This document shows positions 8,101-15,864 of a DNA stretch of 64,000 nucleotides, in pieces. The stretch is from positions 2,016,001 to 2,080,000 of the forward strand of contig OZ240211.1 in the NCBI GenBank assembly GCA_965197525.1, written 5' to 3'. Positions within the stretch are counted from its first letter, which is position 1, and the number at the start of each line of letters is the position of its first letter. Below the pieces are notes generated by a model, which saw only the letters and a program-made list of their open reading frames with translations, ran no database searches and was not told where the DNA came from. The position numbers were made by a program, and so were the translations under genes. Source of the stretch: Nitrosopumilus sp. (GTDB lineage: Archaea; Thermoproteota; Nitrososphaeria; Nitrososphaerales; Nitrosopumilaceae).

Positions 8101-10232
8101 TTACTAACGCTAAAAAACTTGTATCCATAGACCAATGGGGAGGCATACGGTGGGAATCCATGAATGGGGCGTTCTTCGGGGCGTCAAACATGGCATACAA
8201 CGCAACTGACGTACCGAACCTTTCCAAAGTTACTGACACGTCATTTATGTTCGGTTCTGCCTCCTCGTTTAACGACAACCTTTCTGACTGGAATGTCTCA
8301 CGGGTGACTGACATGACTGGCATGTTCAGTCAAGCCTCCTCGTTTGACGGCGACATCTCAACGTGGGACGTTTCTGATGTGACTGACATGACTGCCATGT
8401 TCAATCTGGCCTCCTCGTTTAACGGCAACCTTTCTGGATGGGACGCCTCTAATGCAAAGTCCCTAGACGGCATGTTCAGTGGCGCTCGGGACTTTGACGG
8501 TGACCTGTCCGGATGGGACGTCTCGGGTGCAAAGTCCATGAGAAGCATGTTCAGTAGCGCTCGGGACTTTGACGGCGACCTGTCCGTATGGAATGTCTCA
8601 GGTGTGACTGACATGACTGACATGTTCTCCAATACATCTAATTTCAACGGCGACCTGTCCGGATGGGACGTCTCTGGTGCAAAGTCCCTAGATGGTATGT
8701 TCAGTGGCACTCGGGCATTTAACGGCGACCTGTCCGGATGGGACGTCTCGGGTGCAAAGTCCATGAGAAGCATGTTCAGTGGCACTTGGGATTTTGACGG
8801 CGACATCTCAACATGGAACGTTTCAGGTGTGACTGACATGACTAACATGTTCAATAATGCCTCTGTCTTTGACGGTGACCTGTCCAGATGGGATGTTTCA
8901 TCAGCCATTTACATGGACGGCATGTTCCTAAATGCTATCGCATTTAACGGCGACCTGTCCGGATGGAACGTCTCAGGTGTAAAGTCAATGAACGGCATGT
9001 TCTTGAATGCCTTAGTCTTTGACGGCGACCTGTCCGGATGGAATGTCTCAGACGTGATTTACATGGACAGGATGTTCAAGGGCGCCATCAACTTTAATCA
9101 AGATCTTTCTACTTGGGATATCTCATCAGTTACACACATGGATGACATGTTCAATGACGCTTCAGCATTCAAACAAAATTTGGGTAACTGGTATGTAGTG
9201 TTGAACAGTACTGGGATACACGTAGACGACGCACCAGGTATAGTGGGTGGCATATCAGCGCAGAACTTGGCGCTTGACCGGCAGAATCCTACGTACGGTA
9301 TAGGCGATTGGGAAGATTTTGACTCATTTGAGATTGTTGGCGACTCTATTTTGAACATGACAGTGTCGCCAGACAAATCCCATTACACGGTCAACGTAAC
9401 CTCCACTGGAGACTTTGGTACATTCAATTACCGCATCTACAACGTGACTGTGACAGGTATTGACACCATAGTCCCGACTGTCATGTCAATTGAGCGGTAC
9501 AGTCCCGTTACAGAAAGCACCGACAGCCAGACACTAGTCTACAAGGTAACCTTTAGCGAGGCAGTGACTGGTGTAACCCAGTCTGACTTTGTTCTGTCTT
9601 CTGATAGCACGGGTACTGCCGCTAATTCTGTAACCTCCATATCCGGTTCTGGCAGCCAGTACTTTGTGACAGTCTCTGCATCAAGTGACGGCACATACAA
9701 CCTTGATCTTGTACAAAACCACGGCATCGAGGATTTGGCAGATAACCCTCTAACTAATACTGCCACCACAGGAGTAGACCAGACATATACTGTCAACACG
9801 GTACCTGCTGATACCACTGCACCAACACTCACATCAATTGAGAGATACAATCCTGCTGCCGCAACTACTGACACCCAGACACTAGTCTACGAGGTAACCT
9901 TTAGCGAGGATGTGACAGAGGTGGATGCTGTAGACTTTGTTATCTCTCAGGACAGTACTGGGACAGGCAGTACAACCTTGACTGGTTCTGATAACGTGTA
10001 TTACGTAACAGTCTCTGCAACTCAGGACGGCACATACAACCTTGATCTTGTACAAAACCACGGCATCGAGGATTTGGCAGATAACCCTCTAACTAATACT
10101 GCCACCACAGGAGTAGACCAGACATATACTGTCAACACGGTACCTGCTGATACCACTGCACCAACACTCACATCAATTGAGAGATACAATCCTGCTGCCG
10201 CAACTACTGACACCCAGACACCCAGACACTAG
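2100..10232 (+). CDS. Giant surface protein 1, segment 1: signal/TM segment, 4 DUF285 (BspA-like) cassettes with PKD-like caps, LVIVD-like repeats, first Ig-like domains
   Basis: ORF track 1944..10232; probable ATG at 2100 precedes hydrophobic AYTLAILILTILTILAV; many 24-25-aa WxVSxVTxMxxMF...FNxDIS repeats; frame broken by an 8-bp duplication at 10211-10226. Confidence 0.85.
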   Translation: MIVHFKPNCNTAYTLAILILTILTILAVSGSIQHVDESGQAIVLNPKSYPQVGGHWTVDLDLSSGGNLVVTAVDGTYFGDDIGFARMYGQDNADAQPSYQDDGTVRFDDIAAGSWHFEVVVYTAGRHDMIFKLGDSTAHASNNALIPGAFVTTWKTTSANEEITIPIRPSSSGNYIVTWGDGNATTHTGHATHTYVGAGNHTISVSGNNLAMHLSDDPSNAAKLVSIDQWGDVQWKSMTRAFYGASNMIYNAVDVPNLSDVRDMSYMFASAPLFDGDLSEWDVSDVRNMSYMFWEAQSFNGNISTWDVSRVTNTRNMFQGTTIFNGNLSAWDVSRVTDMGGMFHRTPVFNSDISGWDVSNVKSMGYLFKNAYDFNSDISDWDVSRVTNMERLFSFAYDFNSDISAWDVSHVTNMQGTFNHADSFTGDISDWDVSRVTNMSYMFWENQAFNGNISDWDVSRVTDMSWMFDRTHVFNGNISDWDVSRVTNMDAMFRGATAFDNDLSGWDISSVTNMKSMFLNAPVFNSNISNWDVSNVESMNQMFKGAQNFNSDISDWDVSSVTDMEGMFNEAFKFKQNLGDWYVVLNNTAVNIDDVPGVIGTISAQNLYLGGQNVTYGIGTDGNSTLFEIADDTGLSMTVSPTNSAYTVNITSTGSFGTTNHRVYTITVPAGPTNPVPVTSITSGDEVNGKTYDNLQSPYFITTVKIGSGTYALVTASSGGSGVQIIDITDPANPVPESSFDDDDTVTVDDVSMTFDKLYGSQGIATTTIGSSTYAIVAAFKEHGVQIIDITNPASPVPVASFGDGDTVTVNGVNKTFDKLEGAFGIAMATIGSSTYALVSTYTDDGVQIVNITNPASPVPVASFGDGDTVTVNGINKTFDKLDGGEGIATVTIGTGTYALVTGYYSNGVQIIDITDPANPVPAASFGDGGRVSGVSKTFNELRGANGITTVTIGTGTYALVTAFDDDGVQIIDITDPANPVPAASFGDGDTIGGKTFDKLDGAFGIDTVTIGTGTYALVAAVFDSGIQIIDITDPANPVPAASVGNGDSFDGKTFDKLTVPRGITAATIGSNAYALVAAFLVDSVQIIDLGETPDITAPPPDDSFSTTWQTTSADETITIPVNNAMGLYTVYWGDGNVTTYDGDATHTYDSAGSYTVSISGNFTHIYLAGDSDNAKKLESINQWGNMRWESMHGAFYGASNMIYNATDEPNLADVTDMSGMFNGASSFDGDISSWDVSDVTDMSGMFNGASSFDGDISSWDVFGVNGMSGMFSDSTFNQDISDWDVSHVTDMDGMFSDSTFNQDISDWNVSGVVDMSYMFSDSTFNQDISDWNVSSVTYMENMFSDSTFNQDISDWNVSGVVDMSYMFSDSTFNQDISDWNVSSVTYMENMFSDSTFNQDISDWNVSGVVYMSYMFSDSTFNQDISDWNVSSVTYMENMFSDSTFNQDISDWNVSGVVYMDDMFNTASVFKQNLGKWYVVLDSIVINAEDAPGIVGTISTQSQALDYPAPTYGIGTGGDRDSFKITGGSDLNMAVSPDKPNYIVNITSTGSFGTSNHRIYNITVLPSSSANLQFSDDSFVTTWQTTSADETITIPVGSAPGNYTVYWGDGSVTMHIGDAIHTYTSAGNHTISITGGFTLINLAGDMDNAAKIISIDQWGDVQWESMQGAFRGALNMRYNATDVPDLSRVWDTSSMFRDAAAFDGDLSGWDVSNMTYMYGMFYDATVFDSDLSGWDVADVTNMGSMFRGTALFNSDLSGWNVSGVNNMYSMFRGATAFDSDLSGWNVSEVTDMHSMFRGATAFDSDLSGWDISSVTTLGSMFKDASTFMQNLGNWYIVLDSTEIHDEDAPGIVGTISTQSQALDYPVPTYGIGTGGDRDSFKITGGSDLNMAVSPDKPNYIVNITSTGSFGTSNHRIYNITVIPSVNFPFSDDPFVTTWKTTYADETIAIPVGNATGNYTVHWGDGNATTHIGDAIHTYASAGNHTISITGDFTRINLAGNFTNAKKLVSIDQWGGIRWESMNGAFFGASNMAYNATDVPNLSKVTDTSFMFGSASSFNDNLSDWNVSRVTDMTGMFSQASSFDGDISTWDVSDVTDMTAMFNLASSFNGNLSGWDASNAKSLDGMFSGARDFDGDLSGWDVSGAKSMRSMFSSARDFDGDLSVWNVSGVTDMTDMFSNTSNFNGDLSGWDVSGAKSLDGMFSGTRAFNGDLSGWDVSGAKSMRSMFSGTWDFDGDISTWNVSGVTDMTNMFNNASVFDGDLSRWDVSSAIYMDGMFLNAIAFNGDLSGWNVSGVKSMNGMFLNALVFDGDLSGWNVSDVIYMDRMFKGAINFNQDLSTWDISSVTHMDDMFNDASAFKQNLGNWYVVLNSTGIHVDDAPGIVGGISAQNLALDRQNPTYGIGDWEDFDSFEIVGDSILNMTVSPDKSHYTVNVTSTGDFGTFNYRIYNVTVTGIDTIVPTVMSIERYSPVTESTDSQTLVYKVTFSEAVTGVTQSDFVLSSDSTGTAANSVTSISGSGSQYFVTVSASSDGTYNLDLVQNHGIEDLADNPLTNTATTGVDQTYTVNTVPADTTAPTLTSIERYNPAAATTDTQTLVYEVTFSEDVTEVDAVDFVISQDSTGTGSTTLTGSDNVYYVTVSATQDGTYNLDLVQNHGIEDLADNPLTNTATTGVDQTYTVNTVPADTTAPTLTSIERYNPAAATTDTQTPRH
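4111..5370 (+). repeat. Seven LVIVD-like repeats (probable beta-propeller)
   Basis: Seven ~58-62-aa units ending YALV...GVQIIDITDP. Confidence 0.75.
5913..6490 (+). repeat. Eight tandem 72-bp DUF285 units
   Basis: FSDSTFNQDISDW x8 with alternating GVVxMSYM / SVTYMENM halves. Confidence 0.9.
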
Positions 10233-10258
10233 TCTACGAGGTAACCTTTAGCGAGGAT

Positions 10259-13200
10259 GTGACAGAGGTGGATGCTGTAGACTTTGTTATCTCTCAGGAC
10301 AGTACTGGGACAGGCAGTACAACCTTGACTGGTTCTGATAACGTGTATTACGTAACAGTCTCTGCAACTCAGGACGGCACATACAACCTTGATCTTGTAC
10401 AAAACCACGGCATCGAGGATTTGGCAGATAACCCTCTAACTGATACTGCCACCACCGGAGTAGACCAGACATATACTGTCAACACGGTACCTGCTGATAC
10501 CACTGCACCAACACTCACATCAATTGAGAGATACAATCCTGCTGCCGCAACTACTGACACCCAGACACTAGTCTACGAGGTAACCTTTAGCGAGGATGTA
10601 ACCGGTGTGACACAGTCTGACTTTGTTCTGTCTTCTGATAGCACGGGTACTGCCGCTAATTCTGTAACCTCCATATCCGGTTCTGGCAGCCAGTACTTTG
10701 TGACAGTCTCTGCATCAAGTGACGGCACATACAACCTTGATCTTGTACAAAACCACGGCATCGAGGATTTGGCAGATAACCCTCTAACTGATACTGCCAC
10801 CACCGGAGTAGACCAGACATATACTGTCAACACGGTACCTGCTGACACCACTGCACCAACACTATCATCAATTGAGCGGTACAATCCAGCTACAGAAAAC
10901 ACCGACAACCAGACGCTGACCTACAAGGTGATCTTCAGCGAGGATGTCACCGGAGTGGACACGACTGACTTTGCCCTGTCTTCTGATAGCACGGGCGGAT
11001 CAAGCTCTGCCCAGTTCACACAGACACGTTCTCCTGCCATTGCCATAACTGCAGCCAACACCATAACAGATACCATTACAGTTACCGATTCCGGTACTGT
11101 TACGTCAGTCTCTGTCGCCGTGGACGTCTCCCACACGTACAAAGGCGACCTCAAGATAGATCTTATTGCACCTGATGGAACCATCAAGACCGTCCACAAC
11201 CGCTCTGGAGGCAGCGCCGATGACATAGACCAGACATACACACCCGACTTTGCCGGTGTTTCAATTGCAGGTATCTGGACGCTACAGATAAACGACAACT
11301 ATGCCACCGCCGACGACGGTACCCTGAACAGCTGGACGCTTACGATCAATCCTGATAGTGGCAGTAGTAGTAGTAGTGGTACATCAAACCCTGTAACATC
11401 GATCTCAGGTTCTGGCGACACGTACCAAGTGACGGTTTCGGCCACACAGGACGGCACATACAACCTTGATCTTGTACAAAACCACGGCATCGAGGATTCG
11501 GCAGACAATCCTCTAACTGATACTGCCACCACCGGAGTAGACCACACCTACACGGTCAACACGGTACCTGCTGATACCACAGCACCAACACTCACATCAA
11601 TTGAGAGATACAATCCTGCTGCCGCAACTACTGACAGCCAGACACTAGTCTACGAGGTAACCTTTAGCGAAGCAGTGACCGGTGTGACACAGTCTGACTT
11701 TGTTCTGTCTTCCGCTAGTACGGGTACTGCCGCTAATGCTATAACTTCCATATCCGGTTCTGGCAGCCAGTACTTTGTGACAGTCTCTGCATCAAGTGAC
11801 GGCACATACAACCTTGATCTTGTACAAAACCACGGCATCGAGGATTCGGCAGACAATCCTCTAACTGATACTGCCACCACCGGAGTAGACCACACCTACA
11901 CGGTCAACACGGTACCTGCTGATACCACTGCACCAACACTCACATCAATTGAGAGATACAATCCTGCTGCCGCAACTACTGACAGCCAGACACTAGTCTA
12001 CGAGGTGACCTTTAGCGAAGCAGTGACCGGTGTGACACAGTCTGACTTTGTTCTGTCTTCTGATAGCACGGGCGGTCCCGACCCAGGTACTGGTACTGGC
12101 CAGTTCACTCAGACCAACTCACCATCAACTGCCATAGCAGGTGATCAAGACGTTGTTGATACCATATCAGTGTCTAATTCTGGAAATGCTGCATCAGTTT
12201 CAGTTGACCTAAACATTACTCATACATACATTAGTGATCTAAAGGTAGATTTGGTTGCCCCCGACGGTACAACCAAAACGTTACACAATCGTTCAGGCGG
12301 TAGTTCAGACGATATCATAGCTACATACACACCGAACTTTAACGGCGCCTCAATATCAGGAACATGGACGCTACAGATCAACGACGACTATCCATCTGCA
12401 GATGACGGCGTTCTGAACAGCTGGACACTCACAATTAATTATGGTGATACCCCCGATGTCCCCAATCCTGTAACCTCCATATCCGGTTCTGGCAGCCAGT
12501 ACTTTGTGACAGTCTCTGCATCAAGTGACGGCACATACAACCTTGATCTTGTACAAAACCACGGCATCGAGGATTCGGCAGACAATCCTCTAACTGATAC
12601 TGCCACCACCGGAGTAGACCACACCTACACGGTCAACACGGTACCTGCTGATACCACAGCACCAACACTCACATCAATTGAGAGATACAATCCTGCTGTT
12701 GCAACTACTGACACCCAGACACTAGTCTACGAGGTAACCTTTAGCGAAGCAGTGACCGGTGTGACACAGTCTGACTTTGTTCTGTCTTCCGCTAGTACGG
12801 GTACTGCCGCTAATGCTATAACTTCCATATCCGGTTCTGGCAGCCAGTACTTTGTGACAGTCTCTGCATCAAGTGACGGCACATACAACCTTGATCTTGT
12901 ACAAAACCACGGCATCGAGGATTCGGCAGACAATCCTCTAACTGATACTGCCACCACCGGAGTAGACCACACCTACACGGTCAACACGGTACCTGCTGAT
13001 ACCACAGCACCAACACTCACATCAATTGAGAGATACAATCCTGCTGTTGCAACTACTGACACCCAGACACTAGTCTACGAGGTGACCTTTAGCGAAGCAG
13101 TGACCGGTGTGACACAGTCTGACTTTGTTCTGTCTTCTGATAGCACGGGCGGTCCCGACCCAGGTACTGGTACTGGCCAGTTCACTCAGACCAACTCACC

Positions 13201-14512
13201 ATCAACTGCCATAGCAGGTGATCAAGACGTTGTTGATACCATATCAGTGTCTAATTCTGGAAATGCTGCATCAGTTTCAGTTGACCTAAACATTACTCAT
13301 ACATACATTAGTGATCTAAAGGTAGATTTGGTTGCCCCCGACGGTACAACCAAAACGTTACACAATCGTTCAGGCGGTAGTTCAGACGATATCATAGCTA
13401 CATACACACCGAACTTTAACGGCGCCTCAATATCAGGAACATGGACGCTACAGATCAACGACGACTATCCATCTGCAGATGACGGCGTTCTGAACAGCTG
13501 GACACTCACAATTAATTATGGTGATACCCCCGATGTCCCCAATCCTGTAACCTCCATATCCGGTTCTGGCAGCCAGTACTTTGTGACAGTCTCTGCATCA
13601 AGTGACGGCACATACAACCTTGATCTTGTACAAAACCACGGCATCGAGGATTCGGCAGACAATCCTCTAACTGATACTGCCACCACCGGAGTAGACCACA
13701 CCTACACGGTCAACACGGTACCTGCTGATACCACTGCACCAACACTCACATCAATTGAGAGATACAATCCTGCTGCCGCAACTACTGACAGCCAGACACT
13801 AGTCTACGAGGTAACCTTTAGCGAAGCAGTGACCGGTGTGACACAGTCTGACTTTGTTCTGTCTTCCGCTAGTACGGGTACTGCCGCTAATGCTATAACT
13901 TCCATATCCGGTTCTGGCAGCCAGTACTTTGTGACAGTCTCTGCATCAAGTGACGGCACATACAACCTTGATCTTGTACAAAACCACGGCATCGAGGATT
14001 CGGCAGACAATCCTCTAACTGATACTGCCACCACCGGAGTAGACCACACCTACACGGTCAACACAGTACCTGCTGATACCACAGCACCAACACTCACATC
14101 AATTGAGAGATACAATCCTGCTGTTGCAACTACTGACACCCAGACACTAGTCTACGAGGTGACCTTTAGCGAGGATGTAACCGGAGTGGACAAGACTGAC
14201 TTTGCCCTGTCTTTTGATAGCACGGGCGGTCCCGACCCAGGTACTGGTACTGGCCAGTTCACTCAGACCAACTCACCATCAACTGCCATAGCAGGTGATC
14301 AAGACGTTGTTGATACCATATCAGTGTCTAATTCTGGAAATGCTGCATCAGTTTCAGTTGACCTAAACATTACTCATACATACATTAGTGATCTAAAGGT
14401 AGATTTGGTTGCCCCCGACGGTACAGCCAAAACGTTACACAATCGTTCAGGCGGTAGTTCAGACGATATCATAGCTACATACACACCGAACTTTAACGGC
14501 GCCTCAATATGA
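10259..14512 (+). CDS. Giant surface protein 1, segment 2: Ig-like repeats with nested P-domains (frameshifted continuation, not an independent gene)
   Basis: Continues the same repeat unit as segment 1; P-domain motifs (HTYxxDLxxDLxAPDG...GxWTLQIND...DGxLNSWTLTI); ends at a TGA created by a 3-bp deletion. Confidence 0.8.
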   Translation: MTEVDAVDFVISQDSTGTGSTTLTGSDNVYYVTVSATQDGTYNLDLVQNHGIEDLADNPLTDTATTGVDQTYTVNTVPADTTAPTLTSIERYNPAAATTDTQTLVYEVTFSEDVTGVTQSDFVLSSDSTGTAANSVTSISGSGSQYFVTVSASSDGTYNLDLVQNHGIEDLADNPLTDTATTGVDQTYTVNTVPADTTAPTLSSIERYNPATENTDNQTLTYKVIFSEDVTGVDTTDFALSSDSTGGSSSAQFTQTRSPAIAITAANTITDTITVTDSGTVTSVSVAVDVSHTYKGDLKIDLIAPDGTIKTVHNRSGGSADDIDQTYTPDFAGVSIAGIWTLQINDNYATADDGTLNSWTLTINPDSGSSSSSGTSNPVTSISGSGDTYQVTVSATQDGTYNLDLVQNHGIEDSADNPLTDTATTGVDHTYTVNTVPADTTAPTLTSIERYNPAAATTDSQTLVYEVTFSEAVTGVTQSDFVLSSASTGTAANAITSISGSGSQYFVTVSASSDGTYNLDLVQNHGIEDSADNPLTDTATTGVDHTYTVNTVPADTTAPTLTSIERYNPAAATTDSQTLVYEVTFSEAVTGVTQSDFVLSSDSTGGPDPGTGTGQFTQTNSPSTAIAGDQDVVDTISVSNSGNAASVSVDLNITHTYISDLKVDLVAPDGTTKTLHNRSGGSSDDIIATYTPNFNGASISGTWTLQINDDYPSADDGVLNSWTLTINYGDTPDVPNPVTSISGSGSQYFVTVSASSDGTYNLDLVQNHGIEDSADNPLTDTATTGVDHTYTVNTVPADTTAPTLTSIERYNPAVATTDTQTLVYEVTFSEAVTGVTQSDFVLSSASTGTAANAITSISGSGSQYFVTVSASSDGTYNLDLVQNHGIEDSADNPLTDTATTGVDHTYTVNTVPADTTAPTLTSIERYNPAVATTDTQTLVYEVTFSEAVTGVTQSDFVLSSDSTGGPDPGTGTGQFTQTNSPSTAIAGDQDVVDTISVSNSGNAASVSVDLNITHTYISDLKVDLVAPDGTTKTLHNRSGGSSDDIIATYTPNFNGASISGTWTLQINDDYPSADDGVLNSWTLTINYGDTPDVPNPVTSISGSGSQYFVTVSASSDGTYNLDLVQNHGIEDSADNPLTDTATTGVDHTYTVNTVPADTTAPTLTSIERYNPAAATTDSQTLVYEVTFSEAVTGVTQSDFVLSSASTGTAANAITSISGSGSQYFVTVSASSDGTYNLDLVQNHGIEDSADNPLTDTATTGVDHTYTVNTVPADTTAPTLTSIERYNPAVATTDTQTLVYEVTFSEDVTGVDKTDFALSFDSTGGPDPGTGTGQFTQTNSPSTAIAGDQDVVDTISVSNSGNAASVSVDLNITHTYISDLKVDLVAPDGTAKTLHNRSGGSSDDIIATYTPNFNGASI

Positions 14513-15864
14513 ACATGGACGCTACAGATCAACGACGACTATCCATCTGCAGATGACGGCGTTCCAGCTGGACACCACAATTAATTACACCGCCGATGTT
14601 CCCAGTCCTATAACCTCCATATCCGGTTCTGGCAGCCAGTACTTTGTGACAGTCTCTGCATCAAGTGACGGCACATACAACCTTGATCTTGTACAAAACC
14701 ACGGCATCGAGGATTCGGCAGACAATCCTCTAACTGATACTGCCACCACCGGAGTAGACCACACCTACACGGTCAACACGGTACCTGCTGATACCACTGC
14801 ACCAACACTCACATCAATTGAGAGATACAATCCTGCTGCCGCAACTACTGACAGCCAGACACTAGTCTACGAGGTAACCTTTAGCGAAGCAGTGACCGGT
14901 GTGACACAGTCTGACTTTGTTCTGTCTTCCGCTAGTACGGGTACTGCCGCTAATGCTATAACTTCCATATCCGGTTCTGGCAGCCAGTACTTTGTGACAG
15001 TCTCTGCATCAAGTGACGGCACATACAACCTTGATCTTGTACAAAACCACGGCATCGAGGATTCGGCAGACAATCCTCTAACTGATACTGCCACCACCGG
15101 AGTAGACCACACCTACACGGTCAACACAGTACCTGCTGATACCACAGCACCAACACTCACATCAATTGAGAGATACAATCCTGCTGTTGCAACTACTGAC
15201 ACCCAGACACTAGTCTACGAGGTGACCTTTAGCGAGGATGTAACCGGAGTGGACAAGACTGACTTTGCCCTGTCTTTTGATAGCACGGGCGGTCCCGACC
15301 CAGGTACTGGTACTGGCCAGTTCACTCAGACCAACTCACCATCAACTGCCATAGCAGGTGATCAAGACGTTGTTGATACCATATCAGTGTCTAATTCTGG
15401 AAATGCTGCATCAGTTTCAGTTGACCTAAACATTACTCATACATACATTAGTGATCTAAAGGTAGATTTGGTTGCCCCCGACGGTACAGCCAAAACGTTA
15501 CACAATCGTTCAGGCGGTAGTTCAGACGATATCATAGCTACATACACACCGAACTTTAACGGCGCCTCAATATCAGGAACATGGACGCTACAGATCAACG
15601 ACGACTATCCATCTGCAGATGACGGCGTTCTGAACAGCTGGACACTCACAATTAATTATGGTGATACCGCCGATGTTCCCAGTCCTATAACCTCCATATC
15701 CGGTTCTGGCAGCCAGTACTTTGTGACAGTCTCTGCATCAAGTGACGGCACATACAACCTTGATCTTGTACAAAACCACGGCATCGAGGATTCGGCAGAC
15801 AATCCTCTAACTGATACTGCCACCACCGGAGTAGATCACACCTACACGGTCAACACAGTACCTG
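11571..15864 (+). repeat. Four near-identical ~1077-bp tandem units (third is 1063 bp)
   Basis: Unit starts at 11571, 12648, 13725 and 14788. Confidence 0.9.

Noticed and set aside
2860-9170. Regularly spaced conserved 20-30-bp blocks resembling a CRISPR array
   Set aside because: They are in-frame protein repeats (DUF285); the intervening parts are related to each other; no cas genes or leader.
14510-14512. In-frame TGA as a selenocysteine or readthrough site
   Set aside because: Explained by a 3-bp deletion relative to sister repeats and followed by further frameshifting deletions.
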